A stretch of 64,000 nucleotides of DNA, taken from contig CAVQLW010000010.1 in NCBI GenBank assembly GCA_963713485.1, forward strand, positions 17,376 through 81,375, in the 5' to 3' direction. The first letter of the stretch is position 1. Each line of letters begins with the position of its first letter. Of the stretch, positions 21,001 through 30,449 are shown one piece after another. Source of the stretch: Candidatus Dormiibacterota bacterium (GTDB taxonomy: Bacteria; Chloroflexota; Dormibacteria; Aeolococcales; Aeolococcaceae). The notes under the pieces are model-generated. The model searched no databases and was not told the origin of the DNA. It worked only from the letters and a program-made list of their open reading frames with translations. Both the position numbers and the translations under genes were made by a program.

Positions 21001-21335
21001 TTCCTGCGTCACTTCCTGATCCCCAACATGCGTCCCTGCCACAAAGCTGCCGGGCGCAGCGGCGCGCTGTACCGAGCCCGTCACATCGCTTGGGGGCGAT
21101 GTGCGCATCTCGTCACCGAACCCAGCACTACGGCCTGCCCCGTCGGGTCGTTCGGCCTGCGACAGTTCCGTTGATCGCCGGCACCGTCCGGGGCGGCAGA
21201 GCTGCGCGGAGCCCCGTCGTGACGAATCGTGCGATGGGCGCCCAGAGGATGTGACATACCCGACACGGGTCGGCGCTCCCTCGGATCTCACGCCGGCTTC
21301 CGCACGATGTTGGTCCCCGTGGGGCGACCAGTGAG

Positions 21336-22016
21336 ATGAACGAGCGACACGATCCCGTTCGCACAGGCAGCGCCTCGCGCGCGCGTACCTTGGTGCTGAA
21401 GGTCGTGGTCAGCGGGGTGGCCGGCGCCACCCTCCTCGCCGTCGCCGGCGGCACCACGCCGGATGTGCGCGCGGCGGCGATGACGGCTGGGACGACCCAG
21501 GCGACATCGCTCACCAGTCTCGCCGCGGGAGCCGTGAGCCAGTGGTCGAGCGGGACCTCGCCGCGTACAGCCGGCACACCCGCCGCTCGCCATGTGGCAG
21601 CAGCTGCGCCCGCGCGGCCGGCGGTGGTGTCAACACCGGCCGTGATCGCACCGCCGCGCAACCGGCTGATCGGGCCGGGCTTGGATGTCGGCGTCTCGAC
21701 ATACTCGGACTGCACCGGACGGACGCCGCTCCCGCGGCGCGCCGTGGCGATCGATGTCTGCGTGACCCGCGATACGTATTTCGTGGGCCACAGCTTCGGC
21801 GGTCCCTTCACGGGGCTGACCCACGCGTTCAACGGTGAGACCCTGACCTGGTTCGACGCAGACGGCGTCGCGCATCGCTACACCATCGAGGGCCATCAGT
21901 ACACGCGCGCGTACGGCCCGGCGGACATACCCCCACCCGGAACCGACGCTCAGTTTCAGACATGCCTCACCCGCGGCGGCTCGCGGATCGTCACCTACTT
22001 CGCGGTATCGCGGTGA
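21336..22016 (+). CDS. Secreted sortase-fold protein B (paralog of 19574-20158)
   Basis: Hydrophobic N-terminus, Ala/Thr/Pro linker, YFVGHSFGGPFTGL...QFQTCLTRGGSRI; about three quarters identical to paralog A over the domain (manual alignment). Confidence 0.6.
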   Translation: MNERHDPVRTGSASRARTLVLKVVVSGVAGATLLAVAGGTTPDVRAAAMTAGTTQATSLTSLAAGAVSQWSSGTSPRTAGTPAARHVAAAAPARPAVVSTPAVIAPPRNRLIGPGLDVGVSTYSDCTGRTPLPRRAVAIDVCVTRDTYFVGHSFGGPFTGLTHAFNGETLTWFDADGVAHRYTIEGHQYTRAYGPADIPPPGTDAQFQTCLTRGGSRIVTYFAVSR

Positions 22017-22216
22017 CCGGGGGTCCCGCGTGACCCCTCGCGACCGCTGAGAGCAGATCGCAACATCCGATCCGGGCTGGGTGGTTCGTAGGGGTACGTC
22101 ACAGCATTGTGGTCCCGCGGGCCGGCCGCGCCCACGCCGCTTAGCCTTCGTCACAGGGCTCGCTCGGTGGGGAGCAGCGGGACGATAGACACCAAGTATC
22201 GGGGGGTACCGGGGAC

Positions 22217-23977
22217 GTGACTGCCGCAGACGGCATCAGCTGGGACGATCGCAAACGCCGCGCAGTCGGCGCGATCGCCACCGCCGCATCCATGCTCCTC
22301 GCCGCTGGTGCGCTGAGCGCAGTGGTGCAGGCAGCCCCGCAGTTCGTCTCGGTCATCGTGCGGGCGCAACCCGGGATGAGCGCCGCGGCCGACCAGGCAG
22401 TCACCTCCGCGGGCGGCCATGTCGAGCAGACCATCGGGCTCATCAACGCGGTCGTTGCAGAGGTCCCGACAACCCACGTGCAGGATCTCAGCGCATCGAC
22501 GGGCGTCGCGCAGGTCACGCTCAACGCACCGGTCCAGCTGCTCGGCAGCTCGTACAGCGCGGCGGGTGCGTTCAACCCGGCCACCGACGTCAACTCCATG
22601 TACAACATCGAGCAGATGGACGGCGCGCACGCCTACTGGAACGCCGGCTACACCGGCCAGGGCGTCGGCGTGGCGCTCATCGACTCGGGCGTCACCCCGG
22701 TCGACGGGTTGACCACCCCCGGCAAGGTGGTCAACGGCCCCGACCTCTCCTTTGAATCACAGAACTCGTCGCTCGAGTATCTCGACACCTTCGGTCACGG
22801 CACGCACATGGCCGGCATCATCGCCGGCCGTGATACCGAAGCCACCTCGGTGAGCTCGAGCGACACCACACATTTCCTCGGCATGGCGCCGGACGCGCAG
22901 ATCGTGAGCCTGAAGGTCGCTGACGCGCAGGGCCGCACCGACGTCTCGCAGGTGCTCGCCGCAATCGACTGGGTCGTACAGCACCAGAACGACAACGGGA
23001 TGAACATCCGCGTGCTCAACCTGTCGTACGGCACCGACAGCTCGCAGAGCTACGTGCTCGATCCCCTCGCGTACGCCGCCGAGCAGGCGTGGGACCATGG
23101 CATCGTCGTCGTGGTGGCCGCGGGCAACGACGGCAACAACTCCGACGGTCTCGAGGACCCCGCGATCGACCCGTACGTGATCGCTGTCGGCGCATCCAAC
23201 ACCAACAACAGCATGTACGTGCGCTATCACATGCCCGCGAGCTTCACGAGCGAAGGTGACGGCACGCGCAACCCGGACCTCTCCGCCCCTGGCGTGCACA
23301 TCCCGTCGCTGCGCGTGCCCGGGTCCTTCATCGATCAGCAATTCGGCGCTGCCGCCACCGTCGCCAACCGTTTCTTCCTCGGCAGTGGCACCTCGCAGGC
23401 GGCGGCGGTCGTGTCGGGTGCGGCCGCCCTGCTGCTGAGCCAGCGGCCGGGGCTCACCCCTGACCAGGTGAAGGCGCTCCTCGACGGCAACACGCACTCG
23501 ATGTTCGGGCCCACCGTCCTCAAGGGCAGTGGCGAGCTGAGCCTCGGTGCGGTCCTCAATGCGCCGGCGCCGAACGCAGTGCAGACGTGGCAGCCGTCGA
23601 ACGGCGCCGGCAGCCTCGAGGCGTCGCGCGGCTCCCATCACGTTACCGACAACAACGGCGTCGCCCTCACCGGCGAGCAGGACATCTTCGGGAACGTTGT
23701 GAACACAAGCGCGCTCGCGTCAGCCGAGCAGAACGGGACGGCCTGGAGAGGCGGCGTCTTCAACGGCGCGTCCTGGTCGGGTGCATCGTGGTCCGGCGCG
23801 TCGTGGTCGGGCGCGTCGTGGTCGGGTGCATCGTGGTCGGGCGCATCGTGGTCCGGCGCGTCGTGGTCGGGCGCATCCTGGTCGGGGGCGTCGTGGTCAG
23901 GGGCGTCCTGGTCCGGCGCGTCGTGGTCGGGGGCCTCCTGGTCCGGCTCCAGCTGGTCTGACTCCGACTGGAGCTGA
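22217..23977 (+). CDS. Secreted S8 subtilase (AprX-like) with C-terminal GASWS repeat tail
   Basis: Signal peptide, propeptide, triad VALIDSG / HGTHMAG / GSGTSQAA, oxyanion AAGN. Confidence 0.93.
   Translation: MTAADGISWDDRKRRAVGAIATAASMLLAAGALSAVVQAAPQFVSVIVRAQPGMSAAADQAVTSAGGHVEQTIGLINAVVAEVPTTHVQDLSASTGVAQVTLNAPVQLLGSSYSAAGAFNPATDVNSMYNIEQMDGAHAYWNAGYTGQGVGVALIDSGVTPVDGLTTPGKVVNGPDLSFESQNSSLEYLDTFGHGTHMAGIIAGRDTEATSVSSSDTTHFLGMAPDAQIVSLKVADAQGRTDVSQVLAAIDWVVQHQNDNGMNIRVLNLSYGTDSSQSYVLDPLAYAAEQAWDHGIVVVVAAGNDGNNSDGLEDPAIDPYVIAVGASNTNNSMYVRYHMPASFTSEGDGTRNPDLSAPGVHIPSLRVPGSFIDQQFGAAATVANRFFLGSGTSQAAAVVSGAAALLLSQRPGLTPDQVKALLDGNTHSMFGPTVLKGSGELSLGAVLNAPAPNAVQTWQPSNGAGSLEASRGSHHVTDNNGVALTGEQDIFGNVVNTSALASAEQNGTAWRGGVFNGASWSGASWSGASWSGASWSGASWSGASWSGASWSGASWSGASWSGASWSGASWSGASWSGSSWSDSDWS
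23765..23974 (+). repeat. 15-bp coding tandem repeat: 12 x GASWS, then GSSWS and DSDWS
   Basis: Counted directly: 14 units of 15 nt ending at the stop codon, with synonymous variation between units. Confidence 0.97.
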
Positions 23978-24006
23978 CCCGCGGCCACGTCGCCGCTCCG
24001 CGGGGC
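23978..24006 (+). terminator. Possible GC-rich hairpin after the subtilase gene
   Basis: CCCGCGG...CCGCGGG inverted repeat; no U-tract. Confidence 0.3.
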
Positions 24007-24102
24007 CGTCATCTCGATGCCAACCCCGACGATAGCCCTGCTACCGGTTGGCAACAGGGCTGGCACGGCGAGCCCCTCTGAGTTCGAGGTCACGGAGCAT
24101 TC

Positions 24103-26721
24103 GTGCATGACCACCGAGGCGGCGGCTCCGGATCCGCGGGCGCGCCCGCGCCGGCCGCTCCCGTCCGGCGGGGACACCGCGTTCACCTGCTCACCGTCGT
24201 GCTGCTGGCGACCGCAGTCATCCTCCTCGTCAAGGTGGTCGGCCCGCTGCAGGGGGTGGCAGCGCCCGGCCAGATTCCGTGGTGGGTGCTGATGCCGCTC
24301 TTCTGCGCCGCGGAGGTGTTCGTCGTCCACATCCAGTTCCGTCGCGATGCGCAGTCCTTCTCGCTCAGCGAGCTCCCGCTCGTCGTCGGCCTCTTCTTCG
24401 CGCCGCCGGTCGTCGTGGTCCTCTGCAACATCGCCGGGACGGCCGTCGCACTGGCGTTCTATCGCCGCCAGTCGCCGCTGAAGGTGGCGTTCAACCTCGC
24501 GAACTTCGCGGTCGCCAACAGCGTGGCGGCGCTGCTGTTCGTGCATCTTGTCGACCATCAGAATCCGCTGGGCACGACCAGTTTCATCGGGGTGCTGATC
24601 GCAATCCTCGTGGCCGGCGTCCTCCAGTCGGCGGTGATCCTCACCGCGATCTCATTCTCCGAAGGTCATCTCGATCCTGCCGGCGTCGCATCGACGTTCG
24701 GCTTCGCGCTCGCCGCGACCGGCGTCAACACGTGTCTCGCCCTCATCGGCGTGCGGCTCATCTGGTACAACCCGACTGAGCTGTGGCTGCTCGCCGTTCC
24801 GACGCTCGGTGTCTTCGTCGCGTATCGCTTCTACGTCGCCGAGCGTGAGAAGCGCGGCCAGGTCGACTTCCTGTACGAGTCGACCAAGGACCTGCAACGC
24901 AACGAGGCGGTTGACGAGGCCGTCGCCGGACTCCTGAGGAAGGCGTGCGAGGTGTTCCGCGCGGAGCGTGCCGAGATCACGTTCCTTCCGACGCGCGAAC
25001 GCGATGCCGTGCTGCGCACGACGGTCGACAAGGAGACCACGACACAGTTCATGGCACCGATCACGCTCGACGAGGCCGAGCTGCAGTTCATCAGCCGGCT
25101 CCTGCTCGACTCACCGCTCCTGCTCGGAGTCCGCGGCGGCACCGACGGCGACCCCGGCGCGTTCCTCGAGCAGCGCGGGCTGCGCGACGCGATGGCGGTG
25201 GTGCTGCGCGGCGAGAACAACATGGTCGGCACGATGCTCATCGCCAATCGCCTCGGCGAGGTGACCGGCTTCGACCACGAGGACCTGCGCCTGCTCGAGA
25301 TGCTTGCCAACCAGACGGGCATGATCCTCGAGCGGGGACGGCTGCAGCACTCGCTGTCGCAGCTCACCGTGCTCCAGGAGCAGCTGCAGCACGAGGCGTC
25401 ACACGACCCGCTGACGGGCATGGCGAACCGGCTCCTCTTCAGCTCGCGTGTGGAGCAGGCGCTCGCGCAGGTGGGACAGCACGTCGGCGTGCTCTTCATC
25501 GACATCGACGATTTCAAGACGGTCAACGACAGCCTCGGCCACGCCGCCGGCGATGAGCTGCTTCGCTCGATCGCCGACCGAATCGGACAGTGTCTCCGTC
25601 CCGGTGACATCGCGGCACGGCTGGGCGGCGACGAGTTCGCCGTGCTGCTCATCGGCATCGACGACTCGAGCATGGCGGTGCGCATCTCGGAACGCGTCAT
25701 CGATGCGCTGCGCGCGCCGTTCTCCATCGCCGGCGAGGAGGTCCTGACGCATGCGAGCATCGGGGTGGCGACGGCGGTGAGCGCCGGGTGCGACGGGCAG
25801 GAGCTCCTGCAGAACGCCGACCTTGCGCTGTACACGGCGAAGAGCTCGGGCAAGTCGCGATGGGAGCTGTTCGAGCCGGAGATGTACGCGGCTGTGCAGC
25901 GCCGGCACCGCCTCAAGGCCGATCTGTACCACGCGGTGGAATCGGTCGAGTTCGAGCTCGTGTACCAGCCCATCGTGCGCGTCTCGTCGCGCCGGATCGT
26001 CGCGTCCGAGGCGCTGCTTCGCTGGCGCCACCCCACTCGCGGGACGGTGCTGCCGGACGACTTCATGAGCCTCGTGGAAGAGACCGGGCTGATCCTGCAG
26101 CTCGGCGACTGGGTGCTCCGCAGCGCGTGTGAGGAGGCCCGCGGCTGGCCGGCGGCAGACGGTGCCGACCCGGTCGCCGTGAGCGTGAATGTCGCAGCGC
26201 GGCAGCTGCACCAAGCGGATTTCGTCGAGAGCGTGCGCAGGATCCTTGATGAGACCGGCCTCGAGCCGCACCGCCTGATCCTGGAGGTGACCGAGGCGCA
26301 CATCATCAGCGACCCCGAATTGATCATCCGTCGCCTCAACGCGCTTCGCGAGCTCGGCGTGCGCATCGCGCTCGACGACTTCGGCACCGGCCATTCGTCG
26401 CTGAGCCGCCTCGGTGACTTCCCCATCGATGTGCTGAAGATCGACAAGTCGTTCACCGCCTCGCTGTGTGGCCCGTCGCAATCGATCGGTTTCGCTCACT
26501 CCGTGTTCAGCTTCGGCGTGGGTCTCGGCCTCAGCGTCATCGCCGAAGGCGTGGAGACCGACGAGCATCTCCGCGAGCTGCGTGATCTCGGTTGCGAGCT
26601 TGCGCAGGGATATCTCTTCGGACATCCGATGACGCCGCTGGCGATGCGACGGCTGCTCGAGCACGACATCGAGCTGCCCATCTTCGCGATGCCGGTCGCC
26701 GCGGGGTCGTCGGCGGGCTGA
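24103..26721 (+). CDS. Membrane sensor-GAF-GGDEF-EAL diguanylate cyclase/phosphodiesterase
   Basis: About 7 N-terminal TM helices, GAF-like region, HDPLTG.ANR, RPGD I-site plus GGDEF, EAL, DDFGTG, KIDKSF, EGVE all intact. Confidence 0.93.
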   Translation: MHDHRGGGSGSAGAPAPAAPVRRGHRVHLLTVVLLATAVILLVKVVGPLQGVAAPGQIPWWVLMPLFCAAEVFVVHIQFRRDAQSFSLSELPLVVGLFFAPPVVVVLCNIAGTAVALAFYRRQSPLKVAFNLANFAVANSVAALLFVHLVDHQNPLGTTSFIGVLIAILVAGVLQSAVILTAISFSEGHLDPAGVASTFGFALAATGVNTCLALIGVRLIWYNPTELWLLAVPTLGVFVAYRFYVAEREKRGQVDFLYESTKDLQRNEAVDEAVAGLLRKACEVFRAERAEITFLPTRERDAVLRTTVDKETTTQFMAPITLDEAELQFISRLLLDSPLLLGVRGGTDGDPGAFLEQRGLRDAMAVVLRGENNMVGTMLIANRLGEVTGFDHEDLRLLEMLANQTGMILERGRLQHSLSQLTVLQEQLQHEASHDPLTGMANRLLFSSRVEQALAQVGQHVGVLFIDIDDFKTVNDSLGHAAGDELLRSIADRIGQCLRPGDIAARLGGDEFAVLLIGIDDSSMAVRISERVIDALRAPFSIAGEEVLTHASIGVATAVSAGCDGQELLQNADLALYTAKSSGKSRWELFEPEMYAAVQRRHRLKADLYHAVESVEFELVYQPIVRVSSRRIVASEALLRWRHPTRGTVLPDDFMSLVEETGLILQLGDWVLRSACEEARGWPAADGADPVAVSVNVAARQLHQADFVESVRRILDETGLEPHRLILEVTEAHIISDPELIIRRLNALRELGVRIALDDFGTGHSSLSRLGDFPIDVLKIDKSFTASLCGPSQSIGFAHSVFSFGVGLGLSVIAEGVETDEHLRELRDLGCELAQGYLFGHPMTPLAMRRLLEHDIELPIFAMPVAAGSSAG

Positions 26722-26751
26722 GGTCGGCGCGGCCTCCCGCCGAGGCATGCG

Positions 26752-29700
26752 TCAGTGCGCGAGCGTCGCTCGCTCGGCAGCGATGCCCCCGCGTTGTTCG
26801 GCGGATCTCGTGCGCTGCACCCATGGGGTCGCGCGCAGCTGTTCGAACCTCGCTCGTGCCTGCGCCAGCTGATCCTGGGCTTCGGCATCGCGACCCTGCG
26901 CAATGAGACACTCGCCGAACTCGCACCGCGTCACCGCCAACCAGAAAGGGCGCTGCAACCGCGTGAAGGCGTCGATTGCGGCGATGAACTTCGGGACCGC
27001 GCGCTCATAGTCACCGAGCGCAGCCGTCAGGCGAGCCTCCCAGCGCAGGATGTGCGCGTCGACGGAGGGCTGGCGTCCGGGGCGGAAGTGCTCGCGCACC
27101 AGCTGCATCAGCTCGACCACCTTGGCGGCCTGGCCGAGTGCGAATGCGGCTTCAACAGCCTCGATGAGCGCGGCCCGCATGCCGACGGGGAACGTCTCGT
27201 CGACGCAGGCGCGCAGTGTGGCCTCCGCCATCGTGAGCGCGCCCACGTGGTCGCCTTCGGCATTCGCGACGGCCGCGCGAGCCGCTTCGTGCTGGACGCG
27301 CATCTCGATCTGCGCGTGCGCGACCAGCGGCGCACCCTCCTCCACCAGCCGTCGCCCGGCGGCGATGTCGCCGCGCAGCAGGTAAAGCCAGGCGGCGTTC
27401 ACCGCCTGAGCGCCCGGCCACACGAGCGAACCGAGCTCCGCCGCATCAGCCTCGAGGTACTCGTTGAAGATCGCCTCGGCCTCGTCCCACCGACCAAGCT
27501 CGATCAGCCCCTGCATCCGGTTGAGGCGAGTCCCGGCAGCCCTCGGGCGATCACCCAGCCGCCGAAGGATCTCCTCGGTCTGGCTGTAGATCTCGAGCGC
27601 GGACTCGAGCCGGTCGTCCTCTTCCAGGGTCGTCGCGAGGCTGATGGAAGACACCGACGCGCGCTGCGTCAGACCGTGCTCGAGCGCCACCGCGAGCCCG
27701 CCGCGGATGAGCACCTCCGCCTCGGCGCGGCGTCCGCGCGCAGCCAGAATGATGCCCTTGGTGTCGAGCGCCGGGCAGAGCACATCCCACAGGCCCTGGG
27801 TCTCGGCGACCTGGAGCGCGCGCTCCACATGGGGCAGCGCCGCATCGTAGTCGCTGTTGAAGTACATGAACCTCGCGAGCCGGCCGTCGATCGTCGCGAG
27901 AGTCGCCTGGTGCTCATCATCGGTTTCGTCGGGCGGGACGAGCGAGAGTGCTTCGCGCGTGTGCGTCAACGCGCTGGCCAGATTCCCGGCGTCGAAGTCG
28001 GCAGTGGCGAGCTCGCACAGCGCCATCGCCTCGCCCAGCGGCCGGCCTGTTTGCGCGTACAGCTCACGCGCGGACTCGAGGTGAGCTCGGCTCTGCGCGG
28101 CATGTCCCTGCAACCGAGCGGACTTGGCTGCCTTCTGATGCAGCTCCGCTCGCATCTCGTCGTCGGCGCTGAGCTCGAGGGCGTGCTCGTAATAGCGCTG
28201 CGCAGACGCGGCGCCTCCGAGCGAGCTGGCGTGTTCCGCGGCGCGAACCAGCGCGATTCGCGCGCGATCACGGATCTCCGGCGCGTCGGCCGCCGCCGGG
28301 TCCGCGTCATACGCTTCGACCAGATGCGCCGCGACGACCTCGGCGATCTCCTCTTCCTCGGACCACGTGCCGGCCAGATACATCGCTGCGGCAAGGTGGC
28401 GCGCCTTGCGCTCCTGGCGCGCGAGCGTTCCGTGCGCAACGCTGCGAATCAGGTCCTGCACGAACACGTACTGGCCGCGTTCGGGAGAGCGGGGATCGGA
28501 CTGAATCGCCAGCAGATCCTTGCTCACCAGCGACGTGAGCCCCGATTCGACCTCCGATTCGGGGATCTGCGTGATGGCACTGAGCGCCGTTCCGGTGAAG
28601 GATTTGCCGAGGACCGCGGCGTCCTGCAGCAGCGAGCGCTCGAGCGAGGTGAGACTGTCGAGCCGTGCGGCGATGAGCGCGTGCAGGCTCTCCGGGACTT
28701 CGAGCGCGTCCAGCGAGCCCTTTGCGCGATAGATGCCGCCCTCCTCGACCAGCAGCCCGCGATCGATGAGCATGCGCACGGTCTCGACCGCATACAGGGG
28801 CACGCCTGCGGCACGGTCGAGGATGAGCGCGTGCAGATCCTTCGGAAGGCCCGGCACCATGCCGTCGAGCAGCTGCGCCATCGAACCAGAGGGAAGCGGC
28901 TCGAGGAAGAGCGACGTGAGGCCGCGCTTGCCGGTGCCCCATCCCGGACGCCGCTCGGCGAACTCCGGTCGGGCCAGGGTGACGACGAGGATCGGCGACG
29001 TGCGAGACCACTCGAGCAGGTACTCGATGAAGTCGAGCAGTCCGCTGTCCGCCCACTGCAGGTCCTCGAAGATGAGCAGCGTCGTGTGCTGCGCCGACAT
29101 CCGCTCGAAGAAGACGCGCCACGCCGCGTAGAGATCCCGAGGATCGGCGACCGCGCGCTCCTCGAGGCCGAGCAGATGGGCCAATCGGGGCTCCACCCAC
29201 GCGCGTTCCTCGCTGTCGTGGATGAACGCCTCGACGCTACTGCGCAGCTTCTGCCGAGCGGTCTCGAGCGACTCGTTCTCGAGGATCCCGGTGCGCATGC
29301 GGACCATCTCGGTGAGCGCCGCGAACGCCACACCCTCGCCGTACGCAAGACACCGGCCGCGCTGGTACCAGATCGTCTCGGCGAGGCCGTCGATGTACTT
29401 GAAGAACTCCCACGCCAGCCTCGACTTGCCCACGCCGGCGAGGCCGACGATCGAGAGCAACCGCGCCCGGCCCTCGCCAGTCGTCGCGTGCATGAACTCC
29501 TTGAGCAGCCTGAGCTCGCGCTCACGTCCGACGAACGGCGGCTCGAGCCCGGTCGGCCGCAGGGCGCCCCCGGCGCCAGCGATGACTCGGGCGGCGCGCC
29601 AGAGCCGGACCGGCTCGGTCTTGCCCTTGAGCTGCCGCGTCCCCGCGTCCGCATATTCGATCGCGGCCTCGCTGGCACTGCGGGTGCTGTCGCCGACGAG

Positions 29701-30343
29701 GACGGTGCCGGGTTCCGCCTCCGACTGCACGCGGCTCGCAGTGTTCACGAGATCGCCGGCGACGAGCGCCTCATCGGTCGCGCCGAGGTTGACCGCAGCC
29801 TCGCCGGTGAGCACGCCGGCGCGCGCCTGGAGTCCGGGGATCCCTGCCTGCTCACCGAAGGCGGCGACCGCATCGACGAGCTCGAGCGCGGCCCGCACCG
29901 CCAGCTCCGCGTCGATCTCCTGAATCTCACGGACCCCCCACGCTGCCATCACGGCGTCGCCGATGAACTTCTCGACGGTGCCCCCGTAGCGTCTGATCAC
30001 CGTGCGAGCGGTGTCGAAGTACCGGGTCAGCAGCTCGCGCACGTCCTCCGCATCGCGCTGCTGTGAGAGTGAGGTGAACCCGACGAGGTCGGCGAAGAGC
30101 ACTGACACGTGCCGCCGCTCGGTCGGCCGGGCCCGTTCCGGGGTGACGAGGACGATCGGGGCGGGCGGTGGGGGAGGAGCGGGACCTCCGGCGGTGAGGG
30201 TCGCCGCCGCACTCCCCGCAGAACGCGTCGCCCTCCTCGTAGGCGGCGCCGCACGACGGGCACGACAGCGCGAGCGCGGCGCCGCACTTCGGGCAGAAGC
30301 GGCGTCCGGCGCGGGTCTCTGCTCCGCACGCAGGGCAGTTCAT
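26752..30343 (-). CDS. Double zinc ribbon-class III nucleotide cyclase-STAND ATPase-TPR-like protein 1 (apparent frameshift ~30205)
   Basis: CPAC..CPKC..CPSC..CGEC; LFADLVGF, EKFIGD, GDLVNTASR; Walker A GLAGVGKS; Walker B IFEDLQWAD; helical repeat C-terminus. Confidence 0.9.
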
Positions 30344-30449
30344 CGCCAACGGAGCTTACCGGTTCACGAGATCAGATCGGGAACCTGGCGACGAGTGCCG
30401 CCGGAGGGTGGTGATGGAGCGGCCCCGCGCGCACGACCCACCGCCGCCG

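Noticed and set aside
21001-21335. Riboswitch (c-di-AMP or c-di-GMP) or CRP site in the divergent intergenic region; CACATCGC...GCGATGTG hairpin; GTCACTTCCTG direct repeat
   Set aside because: No riboswitch consensus recognised and only half-site TGTGA/TCACA matches; an Infernal/Rfam scan would be needed.
23765-23974. 15-bp tandem repeat as a CRISPR array or non-coding VNTR
   Set aside because: No spacers and no cas genes; it is in-frame coding sequence with synonymous variation.
26755-30066. 1103-aa plus-strand ORF, and similar long antisense ORFs (30783-32585, 13295-15166, 42965-44944)
   Set aside because: Shadow frames opposite clear genes, expected at high GC; no recognisable motifs.
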